This document shows positions 15,051-34,108 of a stretch of DNA of 64,000 nucleotides, in pieces. The DNA is from the human T2T-CHM13v2.0 reference genome, Homo sapiens, in assembly GCF_009914755.1 (NCBI RefSeq), contig NC_060947.1. One strand, written 5' to 3'. The position numbers and the translations under genes are program-made. Under the pieces are notes generated by a model. The model did no database searches, was not told the DNA's origin, and worked only from the letters and a program-made list of their open reading frames with translations. Numbering within the stretch: position 1 is the first letter of the stretch; the number at the start of each line of letters is the position of its first letter.

Positions 15051-17709
15051 AGGAGATTAAGTAACTTCTGGGATTCTGAATCTGGAAAACACTCAAATGG
15101 GATTAGATACTCGGAAAGTTATTGTCCACCCCATTCCCAACCTCCATCCATCTCAACAGGGTTTGGCCATAGCTTCCCCAAGCCATTTCTCTTGGGGATC
15201 TCCTAGCCCTGGAAAGGAGAAAGAAGAGTAGGCAATTCAAGACTATGCCCACAACAAAAATCCAGGTAGTCATGCTCAAAGCAAGAACAACTCAAAACTG
15301 CAGGTTTCCAAGCCATAAATGCCAGTTTATGAGCTGATAATAAGGTAAGCTTTTCCCTAAGAATTTTACCTAGCAAACCTTACCATATGAACAGGAGGTA
15401 TCCCAGAGAACACAGCTCAAGACCACCACAGCCAGTGCTCAGAGCTCAGGTAATGCATCCAACCATGTTAAGGGAACAGCAAATGATCTAATGGAAGGGA
15501 ATCATGGAACATGAGGCTGGGAAAGTTCTTGAGGACAGATAGAAGGAAACACCTCTAAAAACCTAACAGTAGGACACAAGGACAGAAAGCTCTTTCATGC
15601 TGTGGGGTTATCAACTATGATCCAGAAGAGATGATGCAAAAGAGCTAGATAAACTACAAACAAAGATTAAAATGAAGAGTCTTGAAAATCAAAACTCCTT
15701 TAGGTACCTGAATGAACAAAAGGTTAAAATGCTATTTGTAAAATTTCAGGTACTGTCATAGTTTAGTAGGGAAAACAATTGGGAGAGTAGAATAAGATAG
15801 TGACCTACTAAAGAATCTATATAACTCTTTTTTTTCCTTAATATAGAATCATCACCACTAAAAACTGTTGGGGGTAGAAATAGGAGGGGTAATATAGTGA
15901 AAACGTAAACAATATGATCCTTACAATAAAAATACAGGCTATTTCCATACTCAAAATATATTCTATTATGAATTTAGTAAAATAAACCCAAATAAATAAA
16001 ACTATATCAAAAAAAGAACAAGGCTAAACTCAAACTTTATGTTTTTGTGTTCATGACACTAAAGAAATAGATTCTAGTGAATTATCCATTTTTAACTAGC
16101 TGGTTGGTATTGTATAGATGCAGCCAGCATCTAATCTGCTCTCAATTGTGCCCTCAGCCCTCAGGACCCTGGGGGTCTGAAATCTCAGCCAACTTTGCAA
16201 TTTAATCCAAAACCCAAAGCAGTTCAGATTCCAAGTAACCTGTTACCCTCTGCTAGCAAAACATCATTCGTGGTTTGAAAAATACCATTTTTAATAACCT
16301 CTTTTCAGTTCTTTGGCAGGTCCCCAGCTTTTCTTCAAAGTTGATTTTTCCCCAGTGAGAGTACAGCTGGAAGAATCCAGAAGTACAGTGTGCCACACTC
16401 CCTCTACCCCAGGCTGTGAAGGCCCAGTGCTAGGGCAATGAAGAAGGCTGGAGTGGGAAGGCAAGCAGGGGAATGGGCAAGCTGTGGATCACATGGAAAT
16501 GGCCTCAGCTCAAGCCTTCCCAGAAACAAAACAATGTATCATCCTTAACAGTCAACAACCGGAGGAACTAAATTCAAAATTGGATTTTGGGCTGTATCAC
16601 TTATTTTAAAATAAATTCAATTTTTAAAAGCACTATAATTTGGGCTACTTCATGAATACCATGTTTATTTTTTCTTTACAGTGAACCACTCTTCAGATAT
16701 CACATAAACAGATGCCAAGAAAACAATCTATGAAGAGAGACACTGGAGGCAGAACTGGAGGCAAGGAAGCAGAACTTCATCTTTGGAGATTTAGGGCCTC
16801 TTAAGACAAGTGCAGAATGAACTCTTCTTTAACTTCAAGACAGTAGCCTTAAAGTCCTGAATTTACTCTTGCATTTTTTGCCCAGGACTAATGAAGCTGG
16901 GGTTGCCAATAAAATGACCACTTTGCTCAAAATGTCTCATTTAAACTCCAATTCTTCTTAAAACAGCAGGGTAGGATTTTGGCCAGAACATGCTTTCTAG
17001 TACAAACACTAGTGCACTTTTACAGGGCAGGTAAAGCCCAAAATTATGTTGCTAATTAATTTTATATTCCCTCTAGCTACCTAGAACTAACTGAAGCCCA
17101 GCATTCCCCAATTGAGATTTTGCCAAGAATTTAGATAATGCCATTTATGGACCATGCCAACAGCTGAGGTCACGCTTTCTGTCTAAAGGGAAAAAAAAGA
17201 AAGAAAAAATAAATAGGGAAGGATTCGTGGAAAGTGCATATTAGGGGATTGGGGCAGACGGGAGAGGAAAGAGACAAGAAGTAAAAATCTTTCTATAGCA
17301 ACCAAGCCCAAACAGACACACACACACACCAGAGGATGGCCTGGAGGTTTTGGGTTTGTATGATTTTGGAGTAAACATGAAGTAAAACAGTAAAAGAAAT
17401 GATCATAGGGAATGTTAGAGAAGTGACAACTTGATCTCCAAGAAGTAACTCTCCCTCACAAAATGTAAAGAATATAAAAAGGAAAAATCCTGATGTCTTG
17501 CATCATGGCTGATACAAATGCTGTCTGCAATGTGCATGCCAGGAATGTGAATCACCTGCTACTTGATTTGGGGTCTGTAATTATAAGTAAAGTCTCTTTT
17601 TTTCCAGCACAAATTCAGATTCCAAGGACTAAAAAAAACCTCTAAAAGTCACAGTATCCTGAACACTAGAGCTGGAAAAAAAAAAAAAAACCTTTAAATC
17701 TCCTTTAAC

Positions 17710-17822
17710 CTAATTGTCCCATTGTAGAGATGAGAAAAATGAGGCCCCAAATTAGGAAGAAACATGGCCAAAACATGTTACACAGTAAGTTAGTGGCAGA
17801 GTGAAGAATAGAACCCAAATCT
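17710..17822 (-). mobile_element. MIR fragment
   Basis: cccattgtagagatgagaaaaatgaggccc...gttacacagtaagttagtggcagag antisense MIR core. Confidence 0.7.
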
Positions 17823-18277
17823 AGTTGGGTGGTTCCTAAATATCAATTCATAATGAAATTTTCACTGGTCCAAATGAAAAATGAGCAAAATAAGAACTAT
17901 GTGGTGATTGCTTTAAAAAGTTAAAAACTTTTGACTATTTTTAATTTTGAGACTATGTCTTTTCTTATTTCTTGATGTGAAAATACTTCTTTTTTGAAAT
18001 GATGAAAATCACAGAGAGTAGCTGTTGCTTTATGATGTCCTTAATTAGCAAAATAATAAATTAGCAGCCTTATATGACACCTTGATATTTTTTGGAAAAT
18101 ATTTGGCATGTGAAAACCATAAGTCTTGTATCACTAGTCTAGTCCAATCTCCTGCCATTAGGCAGAATATCACCACTCAACCCAATTTCTCTTCTGACCT
18201 TAAGAGTTTTTGAACCCACTGAATATGCCACTTAAAAGTGTTACATGGTGAACAATGCACTAGAAAAAAACTGGTTT

Positions 18278-18360
18278 GAGCCAGGTGTGATTGTGTGCAT
18301 CTGTAGTCCCAGCTATTTGGGAGGCTGAGGCGGGAGCATCACTTGAGCCCATAGATTCGA
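18278..18360 (+). mobile_element. 3'-truncated, tailless Alu monomer/7SL-derived copy (FLAM/FAM-like)
   Basis: gccaggtgtg...tgtagtcccagctatttgggaggctgaggcgggagcatcacttgagccc; flanked by gaaaaaaactggttt (18263-18277) and gaaacacactggttt (18361-18375). Confidence 0.85.
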
Positions 18361-18629
18361 GAAACACACTGGTTTAGCTGGGATGTGGGCTGGAGGATAA
18401 ACCAAAAAAAGAAAAGAAGCACATGACAGAACATGGAGAAACAAACTGGCTTGTGATCAATACCTATTTTTTGTTATAGCAACTTCAAATTATTGTAATA
18501 CCCTAATTTAATAAGCAATAGCTCTTCCATTACCTATTTATATTTATCCTTTGTGGCTTAATTCAAATTTTCATCGTGAGGAAAAAAGCAACAGACACCC
18601 AATTTCTGTGAGGTAAGTACATTGTATAA

Positions 18630-18735
18630 AAGAAGCTTAGAGAGGTTAAGTGACTTGCCCAAGATCACATGGTACATAGGGGATTGAGCCAGGAATAAAT
18701 CCTAGAACTTCATTCTAGATCTCATAATCCTTCAT
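18630..18735 (-). mobile_element. MIR fragment
   Basis: gcttagagaggttaagtgacttgcccaagatcaca antisense MIR core. Confidence 0.75.
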
Positions 18736-19929
18736 TGAGCCCACATGTTTACTCTGTATGCATGTTAACTCAGTTTCTGGGTATGACCCATCAGCTGGGC
18801 AATGATATTGTGGTATGTGCTGTCTAGATGCTTGTGTGCAGCATCACAATTCTAGCTGCCAGGCCAAAGAAACATCAGGCTCCAGGACCAAGAGGATTAC
18901 AAGATTACTGGGAGTATAAATGTCTCTGGCTCCTGGCCACCCACTGATGTGATTTGTGGGAGATAAGTGCCCCAACAGTCCTATTGCTGTAGCTATCTGT
19001 TGCTACCACTTCTAGTTAGACGAACGCCAGAGGAGTGTACTTGTGTATCAAAATGCATGCCCAGGTATCATCATTATCATAAAACTTTCAATGGTCTTCG
19101 TTGAGACTACTTTGCTTATGGATTATCTAAGACACATATTTCATCCTAGTCACCACCACCTTCCACCACTCAATCAAGACTCAATCTGATTATCTAAAAG
19201 GATTTTAGCATCATCCTAAACTGAACAGAATTTTAAAGTTAAAGCAAATAATACTAACCAAAAACACCACATAATATGTTATAAAGCCAAACCCAAATGC
19301 TTTTGAGATTCCTGCTATTTGGAACTTTCATTATTTGGGATTGCTGCTATTTGGGATTCTGACTGTTTGGGATAATCTCCATTTCTTTACCCCTTTAGGT
19401 GGGCAGGAATCATTTAAAAGCAGATGGCAAAGACGGCCTCCTGGCTCCTGGTTAGTTGGTGGTTAGCAACTGTCAGGGTCCTGACTCAGCAGAGTATAGG
19501 AAGGAACTGCATAGTCACTTAGCAGTGGACCAACTAGAAAACTGCCTTTATTCATAACAATAACGTTTGAAAAAGAAACCAGTATCTCTATCTGAACAGG
19601 CACAAGCCCAATACAGATCTTGGATCTGGCACATCAGTAGATGTTTATCTCTCAGACCCTCAAATAATAAAACAGAGCTCAGGGTCTCAGGGTAAAACAA
19701 TCAGCTTCCTGGACTCACATAGGAAAAAGCTAATATAGTGGTAATAAGCCACTTAAATAGCTGTCTGCCTATGTTACAATAACATGCTCTTTGCGTTCCT
19801 TCCAACAGCTCCCAAAGGCCATGTGCTGTGGACAGTCACACTTTGTGGGTACCTCTATCCCACTCCATACACCTACCCAAAGAAAGCAGATCATTTTTAA
19901 TCTCTCCCAAACTTTAAAACAATGTATTG

Positions 19930-20440
19930 AATTTTTCCCTTTCCTTTGCTTTTTCTTTTCTTCTTCTTTTTTTCTTTCTCTTCTGCTTTTAGTCTATTGG
20001 ATTTTTTTTCTTATTATCCTTTTTAGTGTTGGGGTATTTTTTTTCTTTGTTATTGTTGTTGATGATGATTCTTTTGCCTTTCCTTCCTCTCATTTCTCCA
20101 TGTTTTCTTTTGTTGTTGTTTTTGTGTTTTTAGGACAGCTCCCTTTTCTGTTTTCAGGGATTTGTTTTAAATTTTTGTGATTTGGGATTTGGCAGTTTGG
20201 GATTCTCTTTTTGCTTTGTTGTTTTGTGTGTTGTGTGAGTTTTGTGTTTGTTTTGTTTCTTTTTTGTTTGGCGCTTTTATTTTATATTTTCCATTTTTGA
20301 AATTCTTCCTCTTGTTTGCTTGTTTTTTTTTTTCTTTTCTGTATTTTTTATTATCCATGCTTTCTTTCTTTATTTGGGTTTTAATTGTTTTTCTTGTTTT
20401 TTAGGGTTTTTGTTCGGAGTTTTCAGATTTTTTTTAGAAT
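19930..20440. repeat. Long T-rich low-complexity tract
   Basis: About 500 bp dominated by T runs broken by single G/C/A; produces the spurious Phe-rich and Lys-rich ORFs in the track. Confidence 0.9.
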
Positions 20441-20905
20441 TTAAGACTTTAAGATTCCTGAGCCAAGATGGCCGAAGACGAACAGCTCTGGTCTACAGCT
20501 CACAGCGTGAGCGACACAGAAGACAGGTGATTTCTGCATTTCCATCTGAGGTACCAGGTTCATCTCACTAGGGAGTGCCAGACAGTGGGCAAGGGACAGT
20601 GGGTGCAGTGCACCATGCGTGAGCCGAAGCAGGATGAAGCATTGCCTCACTTGGGAAGTGCAAGAGGTCAGGGAGTTCCCTTTCCTAGTCAAAGAAATGG
20701 GTGGCAGACGGCACCTGGAAAATCGGGTCACTCCCACCATAATACTGTGCTTTTCGGACGGGCTGTAAAAACGGTGCACCAGGAGATTATATCCCACACC
20801 TTCCTTGGAGGGTCCTATGCCCACGGAGTCTCCCTGATTGCTAGCACAGCAGTCTGAGGTCAAACAGCAAGGTGGCAGCCAGGCTAGGGGAGGGGCGCCC
20901 ACCAT
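20441..20905 (-). CDS. LINE-1 antisense ORF0, uninterrupted extended form (154 aa); expression unknown
   Basis: MVGAPPLAWLPPCCLTSDCCASNQGDSVGIGPS... matches the primate L1 ORF0 N-terminus (MAGAPPPASLPPCSLISDCCASNQRDSVGVGPS). Confidence 0.6.
   Translation of the reverse strand: MVGAPPLAWLPPCCLTSDCCASNQGDSVGIGPSKEGVGYNLLVHRFYSPSEKHSIMVGVTRFSRCRLPPISLTRKGNSLTSCTSQVRQCFILLRLTHGALHPLSLAHCLALPSEMNLVPQMEMQKSPVFCVAHAVSCRPELFVFGHLGSGILKS
20464..20473 (+). promoter_or_regulatory. YY1 site of the L1 internal promoter
   Basis: caagatggcc intact at the L1 5' end. Confidence 0.8.
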
Positions 20906-21488
20906 TGCCCAGGCTTGCTTAGGTAAACAATGCAGCTGGGAAGCTCAAACTGGGTGGAGCCCACCACAGCTCAAGGAGGCCTGCCTGCCTCTGTAGGCTC
21001 CACCTCTGGGGGCAGGGTACAGACAAACAAAAAGACAGCAGTAACCTCTGCAGACTTAAATGTCCCTGTCTGACAGCTTTGAAGAGAGCAGTGGTTCTCC
21101 CAGCATGCAGCTGGAGATCTGAGAACGGGCAGACTGCCTCCTCAAGTGGGTCCCTGACTACTGACCCCTGAGCAGCCTAACTGGGAGGCACCCCCCAGTA
21201 GCAGCAGACTGACACCTCACACGGCCGGGTACTCCTCTGAGACAAAACATCCAGAGGAACGATGAGACAGCACCATTCACAGTACACGAAAATCCACTGT
21301 TCTGCAGCCACCACTGCTGATGCCCAGGCAAACAGGGTCTGGAGTGGACCTCTAGCAAACTCCAACAGACCTGCAGCTGAGAGTCCTGTCTGTTAGAAGG
21401 AAAACTAACAAACAGAAAGGACATCCACACCAAAAACCCATCTGTACATCACCATCATCAAAGACCAAAAGTAGATAAAATCACAAAG

Positions 21489-22500
21489 ATGGGGAAAAAA
21501 CAGAGCAGAAAAACTGGAAACTCTAAAAAGCAGAGCAACTCTCCTCCTCCAAAGGAATGCAGTTCCTCATCAGAAATGGAACAAAGCTGGATGGAGAATG
21601 ACTTTGACAAGTTGAGAGAAGAAGGCTTCAGATGATCAAACTACTCCGAGCTACAGGAGGAAATTCAAACTAAAGGCAAAGAAGTTAAAACTTTGAAAAA
21701 AATTTAGACGACTGTATAACTAGAATAACCAATACAGAGAAGTGCTTAAAGGAGTTGATGGAGCTGAAAGCCAAGGCTCAAGAACTACTTGAAGAATGCA
21801 GAAGCCTCAGGAGCTGATGCGATCAACTGGAAGAAAGGGTATCAGTGATGGAAGATTAAATGAATGAAATGAAGCGAGAAGGGAAGTTTAGAGAAAAAAG
21901 AATAACAAGAAATGAACAAAGCCTCCAAGAAATATGGGACTATGTGAAAAGACCAAATCTACATCTGATTGGTGTACCTGAAAGTGACGGGGAGAATGGA
22001 ACCAAGTTGGAAAACACTCTACAGGATATTATCCAGGAGCACTTCCCCAATCTAGTAAGGGAGGCCAACATTTAGATTCAGAAAATACAGAGAATGCCAC
22101 AAAGATACCCTCAAGAAGAGCAACTCCAAGACACATAATTGTCAGATTCACCAAAGTTGAAATGGAGGAAAAAATGTTAAGGGCAGCCAGAGAGAAAGGT
22201 CGGGTTACCCTCAAAGGGAAGCCCATCAGACTAACAGCAGATCTCTTGGCAGAAACTCTACAAGCCAGAAGAGAGTGGGGGCCAATATTCAACATTCTTA
22301 AAGAAAAGAATTTTCAACCCAGAATTTCATATCCAGCCAAACTAAGCTTCATAAGTGAAGGAGAAATAAAATACTTTACAGACAAGCAAATGCTGAGAGA
22401 TTTTGTCACCACCAGGCCTGCCTTAAAAGAGTTCCTGAAGGAAGCACTAAACATGGAAAGGAACAACCGGTACCAGCCACTGCAAAATCATGCCAAATAG
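21489..22500 (+). pseudogene. L1 ORF1p (RNA-binding chaperone), disrupted
   Basis: ATG GGG AAA AAA CAG start; fragments [19 protein letters not shown] and ERNNRYQPLQNHAK*; internal stops and a frame change between the 21860 and 22162 fragments. Confidence 0.93.
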
Positions 22501-22566
22501 TAAAGACCATCGAGGCTAGGAAGAAACTGCATCAACTAACGACCAAAATAACCAGCTAAAATCATA

Positions 22567-26394
<3,828 letters not shown>

Positions 26395-26625
26395 ACAATG
26401 AGAACACATGGACACAGGAAGGGGAACATCACACTCTGGGGACTGTTGTGGGGTGGGGGAAGGGGGGAGGGATAGCATTGGGAGATATACCTAATGCTAG
26501 ATGACGAGTTAGTGGGTGCAGCGCACCAGCAAGGCACATGTATACATATGTAACTAACCTGCACATTGTGCACATGTACCCTAAAACTTAAAGTATAATA
26601 CTAAAAAATAAATAAATAAATAAGT

Positions 26626-27010
26626 AAAATTTAAAAATCCCAAGATAAATGATAATTGGAAACAAAGTGAGGTCATTACATAGTGAATAGAGTTATTTCA
26701 CTGACTATCCTTCATCAACACTTTCAAAGCACAAGTAGTGATGCCAAGCAATCTTAAATTTTGTTTGAAAGTCTTATTACATTTTAAAAGTCTTATATAA
26801 AAAATAAGCAAGTTCATTAATTATGTGCATATTGCTAAGGTGTCAGAATTTTAGTGTAAACAGAGAGATACCTTTATAAAACCAAAGAAATAAAATAAAA
26901 TCCATATACAGGTAAGTTTGAACTGGGAATGTCAGTACGATCTCATGATATCTTCGTGTTTTGAATAAATTCAGGTGCTGCTGGTGCTCACTAAAAAAAA
27001 AAGAAAAAAA
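26626..27010 (+). other. Putative L1 3' transduction with its own poly(A) signal and tail
   Basis: Non-L1 sequence after the L1 tail; AATAAA at 26964-26969; A-tract from 26993. Confidence 0.72.
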
Positions 27011-27409
27011 AAGAAAATGTGGCACATATACACCATGGAATACTGTGCAGCCATAAAAAATGATGAGTTCATGTCCTTTGTAGGGACATGGATGAAATTG
27101 GAAATCATCATTCTCAGTAAACTATCGCAAGGATGAAAAACCAAACACCGCATGTTCTCACTTATAGATGGGAATTGAACAATGAGAACACGTGGACACA
27201 GGAAGGGGAACATCATACTCTGGGGACTGTTGTGGGGTGGGGGAAGGGGGGAGGGATAGCATTAGGAGACATACCTAATGCTAAATGACGAGTTAATGGG
27301 TGCAGCACACCAGCATGGCACATGTATACATATATAACAAATCTGCACATTGTGCACATGTACCCTAGAATTTAAAGTATAATAATAATCAAATGAAATT
27401 AAAAAAAAA
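27011..27409 (+). mobile_element. Second LINE-1 3' end, L1PA3-type
   Basis: aagaaaatgtggcacatatacacc ... gcattaggagacatacctaatgctaaatgacgagttaatgggtgcagcacac ... aaagtataataataa and an A tail. Confidence 0.95.
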
Positions 27410-27514
27410 TTTTCCCTTTTTCTATGCTATTTTTTTAATTTTTAAAATCCTTTTGTCTCTTCTTATTTGTCTGTCATTTTTCACTTTTTGTCTTTTCATT
27501 TTTAAATAGTATTT

Positions 27515-28310
27515 TTATTTTAGAATAGTTTTAAACTTACAAAAAAGATGCAAAGACAGTACAGTTTGTTCCCATATATTCAACACCCAGTTTCCCTTAT
27601 TATTAACATCTTACATTAGTATGGTTAGTATGAGATTACTTTAATGTATTTGTTACAATTAATGAACCAATTTTGATACACAATTTTTAATTAAAGTCTA
27701 TATTTTATTCATTTTTTTGTTTTTGTTTTTAACTAATTTTTTTTTCTGTTCCAGGATCTCATATAGGATACCATATTACATTTAGTTGTCATGTTTCCTT
27801 AGACTGCTCTTGGTTTGGAGAGCTTCTCAGACTTTCCTTGTTTTTGATGACCTTAACAGTTTTGAGGCGTACTAGTCAAGTGTTTTATAGAATGTCCTTA
27901 CAATGGGATTTTTCCAATGGTTATCTCATAATTACACTGAGGTAATGTGTTTTGGAGAGGAAAACTACAGAGGTGAAGTGCTCTTCTCATCACATTAAAA
28001 CAAGAGTACATACTATCGACATGATTTATCACTATTGATGTTAATCTTATCACTCGGCTGAGGTGTGTTTGCCAAGTTTCTTTACTATAAAGTTACTTTT
28101 CCCCCTTTGCATGATGTGCTTTTTGGATCAAGTTACTAAGTCTGCTCCATGCTTAGGATGACTGAGATTAAGATCCATCTTTTGGGAGAGTATCTATAAA
28201 AATGATTTAGAATCCGGTACCACATTATTTATTTTGCTGCTCCAACTGGTCCAGCTTTGAGATTGGGATTCCATTCAGGTCAGCTCCTGTGTTCCTTTAA
28301 CATGCCCCCT
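27515..28310 (-). mobile_element. Ancient L1MC/L1MD-type 3' UTR fragment
   Basis: cccagtttcccttattattaacatcttacattagtatgg and ttctcagactttccttgtttttgatgaccttaacagttttgagg. Confidence 0.75.
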
Positions 28311-30234
28311 TCCTTATATTTTTTCAACTCCTCTAACTTTTGAAAAGTATTTCTTTCTCTTCTTTTACATTTGTTTGTTTCCTTATTTGTTTCCATTTTT
28401 CTTCCATTTTCCCTCCTCTTCCTCTTTTCTCTCCTTTGTTTGCTTTAATATTTTCTCATTTCCTTTTTCTTATCCTTTTACTTTTCCACCTATGTTTTTA
28501 AAATAATTTTCTCCTTACCAACATTCTTTTTATATTTTTTCTTTTTACGTGACATTTTCCTTGTGACAATATTAAAATATATTCTGCATAACTGGTATAT
28601 GCTGCATACCTAGTGAAACAAAGTAAACATCCAAAAATAAAAATATACCCTCATTCCCCCTTCTCAGCATGACTGCCAATATTGTTGGTCGCCTACTGGA
28701 TTTCATAGCACTCTTGTAAAGCTCTGTATTTCCTCCCAGGAATGATCAAAGGACCTAATGTGGTAACTTCTGAGGGTCTTCTACCTTCCTTGACAACTCT
28801 GTTCTACCAGTAGCCATAGACATTATACTGAAAATTGGCTGGAATGCCAAAGCAGTAATCAGACATTTAATACCCTGCTTACATAGAAACATCCCATTAA
28901 AATTACCTCCTCCATCGGGCCAATATGTCTGACTAGAAGCAGCTGCTTTCAGAGGCTCCCTTCAAAACAAACCATAATAAGCATATGAATCCTTCACCAG
29001 CAACCAAGGTATCCAGGTTCTCTCATCAAAGTTGACTAGAAGGCTGATGTGACTCATGGAGAGAAGGCAGAACAGTGTGGTGTGGTGGCCCACCTGAGAG
29101 CCACACAGGGAAGGGGAACCCCTTCCCCACAGTCAAGGGAGGCAGTGAGTGAGCGTGCTACCAAGCCAGGAAAACTGTGCTTTTTCCATGAAATTGTGCA
29201 ACCCATGGATCATAAGAACCCACTCGCAAAACCATGCCACCAGGGCCTAACGTCCCAACCCCAGAACGTGCAGATTCTTACAACCTCCCAGCTGGAATCT
29301 GCTAAAACCTATTGAACTCCCCGGGGGAGGGGTTACCAGCACCAACTGTGGCTGCCTGCTGTCTAAGCTATTTGAGCTCCTTGGGGGAGGGGCAGCAGCC
29401 AGCACTGGGACTCACAACTGCCTAACACGCTAAGCTCCCTGGGAGTGGGGAAGGGCAGTACCCATTTCTATAGCTCCAGGCTGTGCTTCTCCCCTGCTGG
29501 AGCCAGAGGGGCTGGAGTGCTTGGTCCCAAGACTTGTCCCTACAGCTCAACACACTGATTGTGCAGTCTGCAGCCAGAGTGCCTCTTCAGGCCTAAATCT
29601 GACTCATCCTTCCTCATTGGGTGGGGCTTCCCTGCAGTATCTCTAATAACTCCAGCCAGAGGCTCAGGGACAGAATTTGGATCTCCCTAGGCCTGATCCC
29701 CTAGTGGGAGAGGTGGCTGCAGTCTCTGCAGACCAGCAGACGGCCTCTCCTCCTGGTAGTTCTGAGGAATCCAGGAAGCCCAGACGAATGGGTTACTCCC
29801 CAGTGAAGCGCACACTCTCCACCAAGAGACAAAGTGCTTTGTTAAATGGGTCCTGCTCCCCATGCCATCAAACTGGCTGAGATCTTCCAACAGAGGTTGT
29901 AGACACTCTACACATGAGCAATCCTACTGGCATAAGGTTGGTGCCCCTCGAGGTCAGAGGTCCCAGAAGAAGGAGCAGGCAACCATCTTTGCTGTTCTCC
30001 AGCCTCCTTGAGTGACATCTCCAGGCTCAGGAGCAAATCAGATGAATAGGGCCTGAAGTGAAGCCCCAGCAAACTGCAGCAGCCCTATAGAAGAGGGACT
30101 TGACTATTGCAAGAAAAAAGAAACAAGCAGAAAGCTACAGTAACAGCATCATCAACAACAGCAAAAAAGGCCCCAACAAAAACCTCATCCAAGCATCGGC
30201 CTCAAAGACCAAAAATAAAAAAAAACTCAGGAAG

Positions 30235-31246
30235 ATGAGAAATAATCAACGAAAAAATGCTGAAAATCCAAAAGAACAAAGTGTCTCTTCTCTCCAAATT
30301 ATCACAGTGTCTTTCCATCAAGGGCGCAGAACTGGATGGAGAATCAGATGGACAAATTGGCAGAAGTAGGCTTCAGAAGATGAGCAATAAAAAATTACAC
30401 TGACCTAAAGGAGCAAGTTCTAACCCAATGCAAATAAGCTAAGAACCTTGATAAAAGGTTAAAGGAATTGCTAACTAGAATAACCAGTTTAGAGAGGAAT
30501 ATAAATGACCTTATGGAGCTGAAAAACATAGCACAAGAACTTTGTGAAGCATACACAAGTATCAACAGCTGAACTGACCAAGTGGAAGAAAGGATATCAG
30601 AGTTTGAAGACCACCTTACTGAAATAAGACATGCAGACAAGAATAGAGAAAAAAGAATGAAAAGGAATGAACAAAGCCTCCAAAAGATATGGAAATTCAT
30701 AAAACGACCAGACCTATGATTGATCAGAGTACCAGAAAGAGATGGGGACAGTGGAAACAAGCTGGAAGACATACTTCAGGATATTGTCCAGGATATCTTC
30801 CCCAGCCTAGCCAGACAGGCCAACATACAAATTCAGGAAACATAGAGAACACCATTAAGATACTCCATGAGAAGTTCAACCCCGAGACACATAATCATCA
30901 GATTTTCTAAGGCCAAAATGAAGGAAAAACTGTTAAGGGTAGCCAGACAGAAAGGCCAGGTTACCTACAAAGGGAAGCCCATTAGATTAACAGTGGACTT
31001 CTCAGCAGAAACTCTACAATCCAGAAGAGATTGGGGGCCAATATTCAACATTCTTAAAGAAAAGAATTTTCAACCCAGAAGTTTATATCCAGCCAAACTA
31101 AGCTTCATAGGTAAAGGATAAATAAAATGCTTTCCAGACAAGCAAAGACTGAGGAATTTTGTTACAACCAGGCCTACCCTGCAAGAGCCCCTAAATATGG
31201 AGAGGAAAAACCAATACAGCCCCTGCAAAAACACACCAAAATATAA
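30235..31246 (+). pseudogene. L1 ORF1 remnant of the L1PA8A-type host
   Basis: Fragments MRNNQRKNAEN and RSSTPRHIIIRFSKAKMKEK...YPAKLSF; multiple stops and frameshifts. Confidence 0.85.
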
Positions 31247-31309
31247 CGACCAATGACACTATGAAGAAATTGCATCAACTAGTGTGCAAAATAAATAAAT
31301 AGCATCATG

Positions 31310-34108
<2,799 letters not shown>

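Noticed and set aside
20430-20460. TSD for the full-length L1PA3
   Set aside because: Only short AT-rich partial matches were found after either 3' end (26625 or 27409); none is convincing.
19791-20571. Overlapping Phe/Leu-rich 'membrane protein-like' and Lys-rich ORFs
   Set aside because: They are translations of the T-rich low-complexity tract, where stops are rare by composition.
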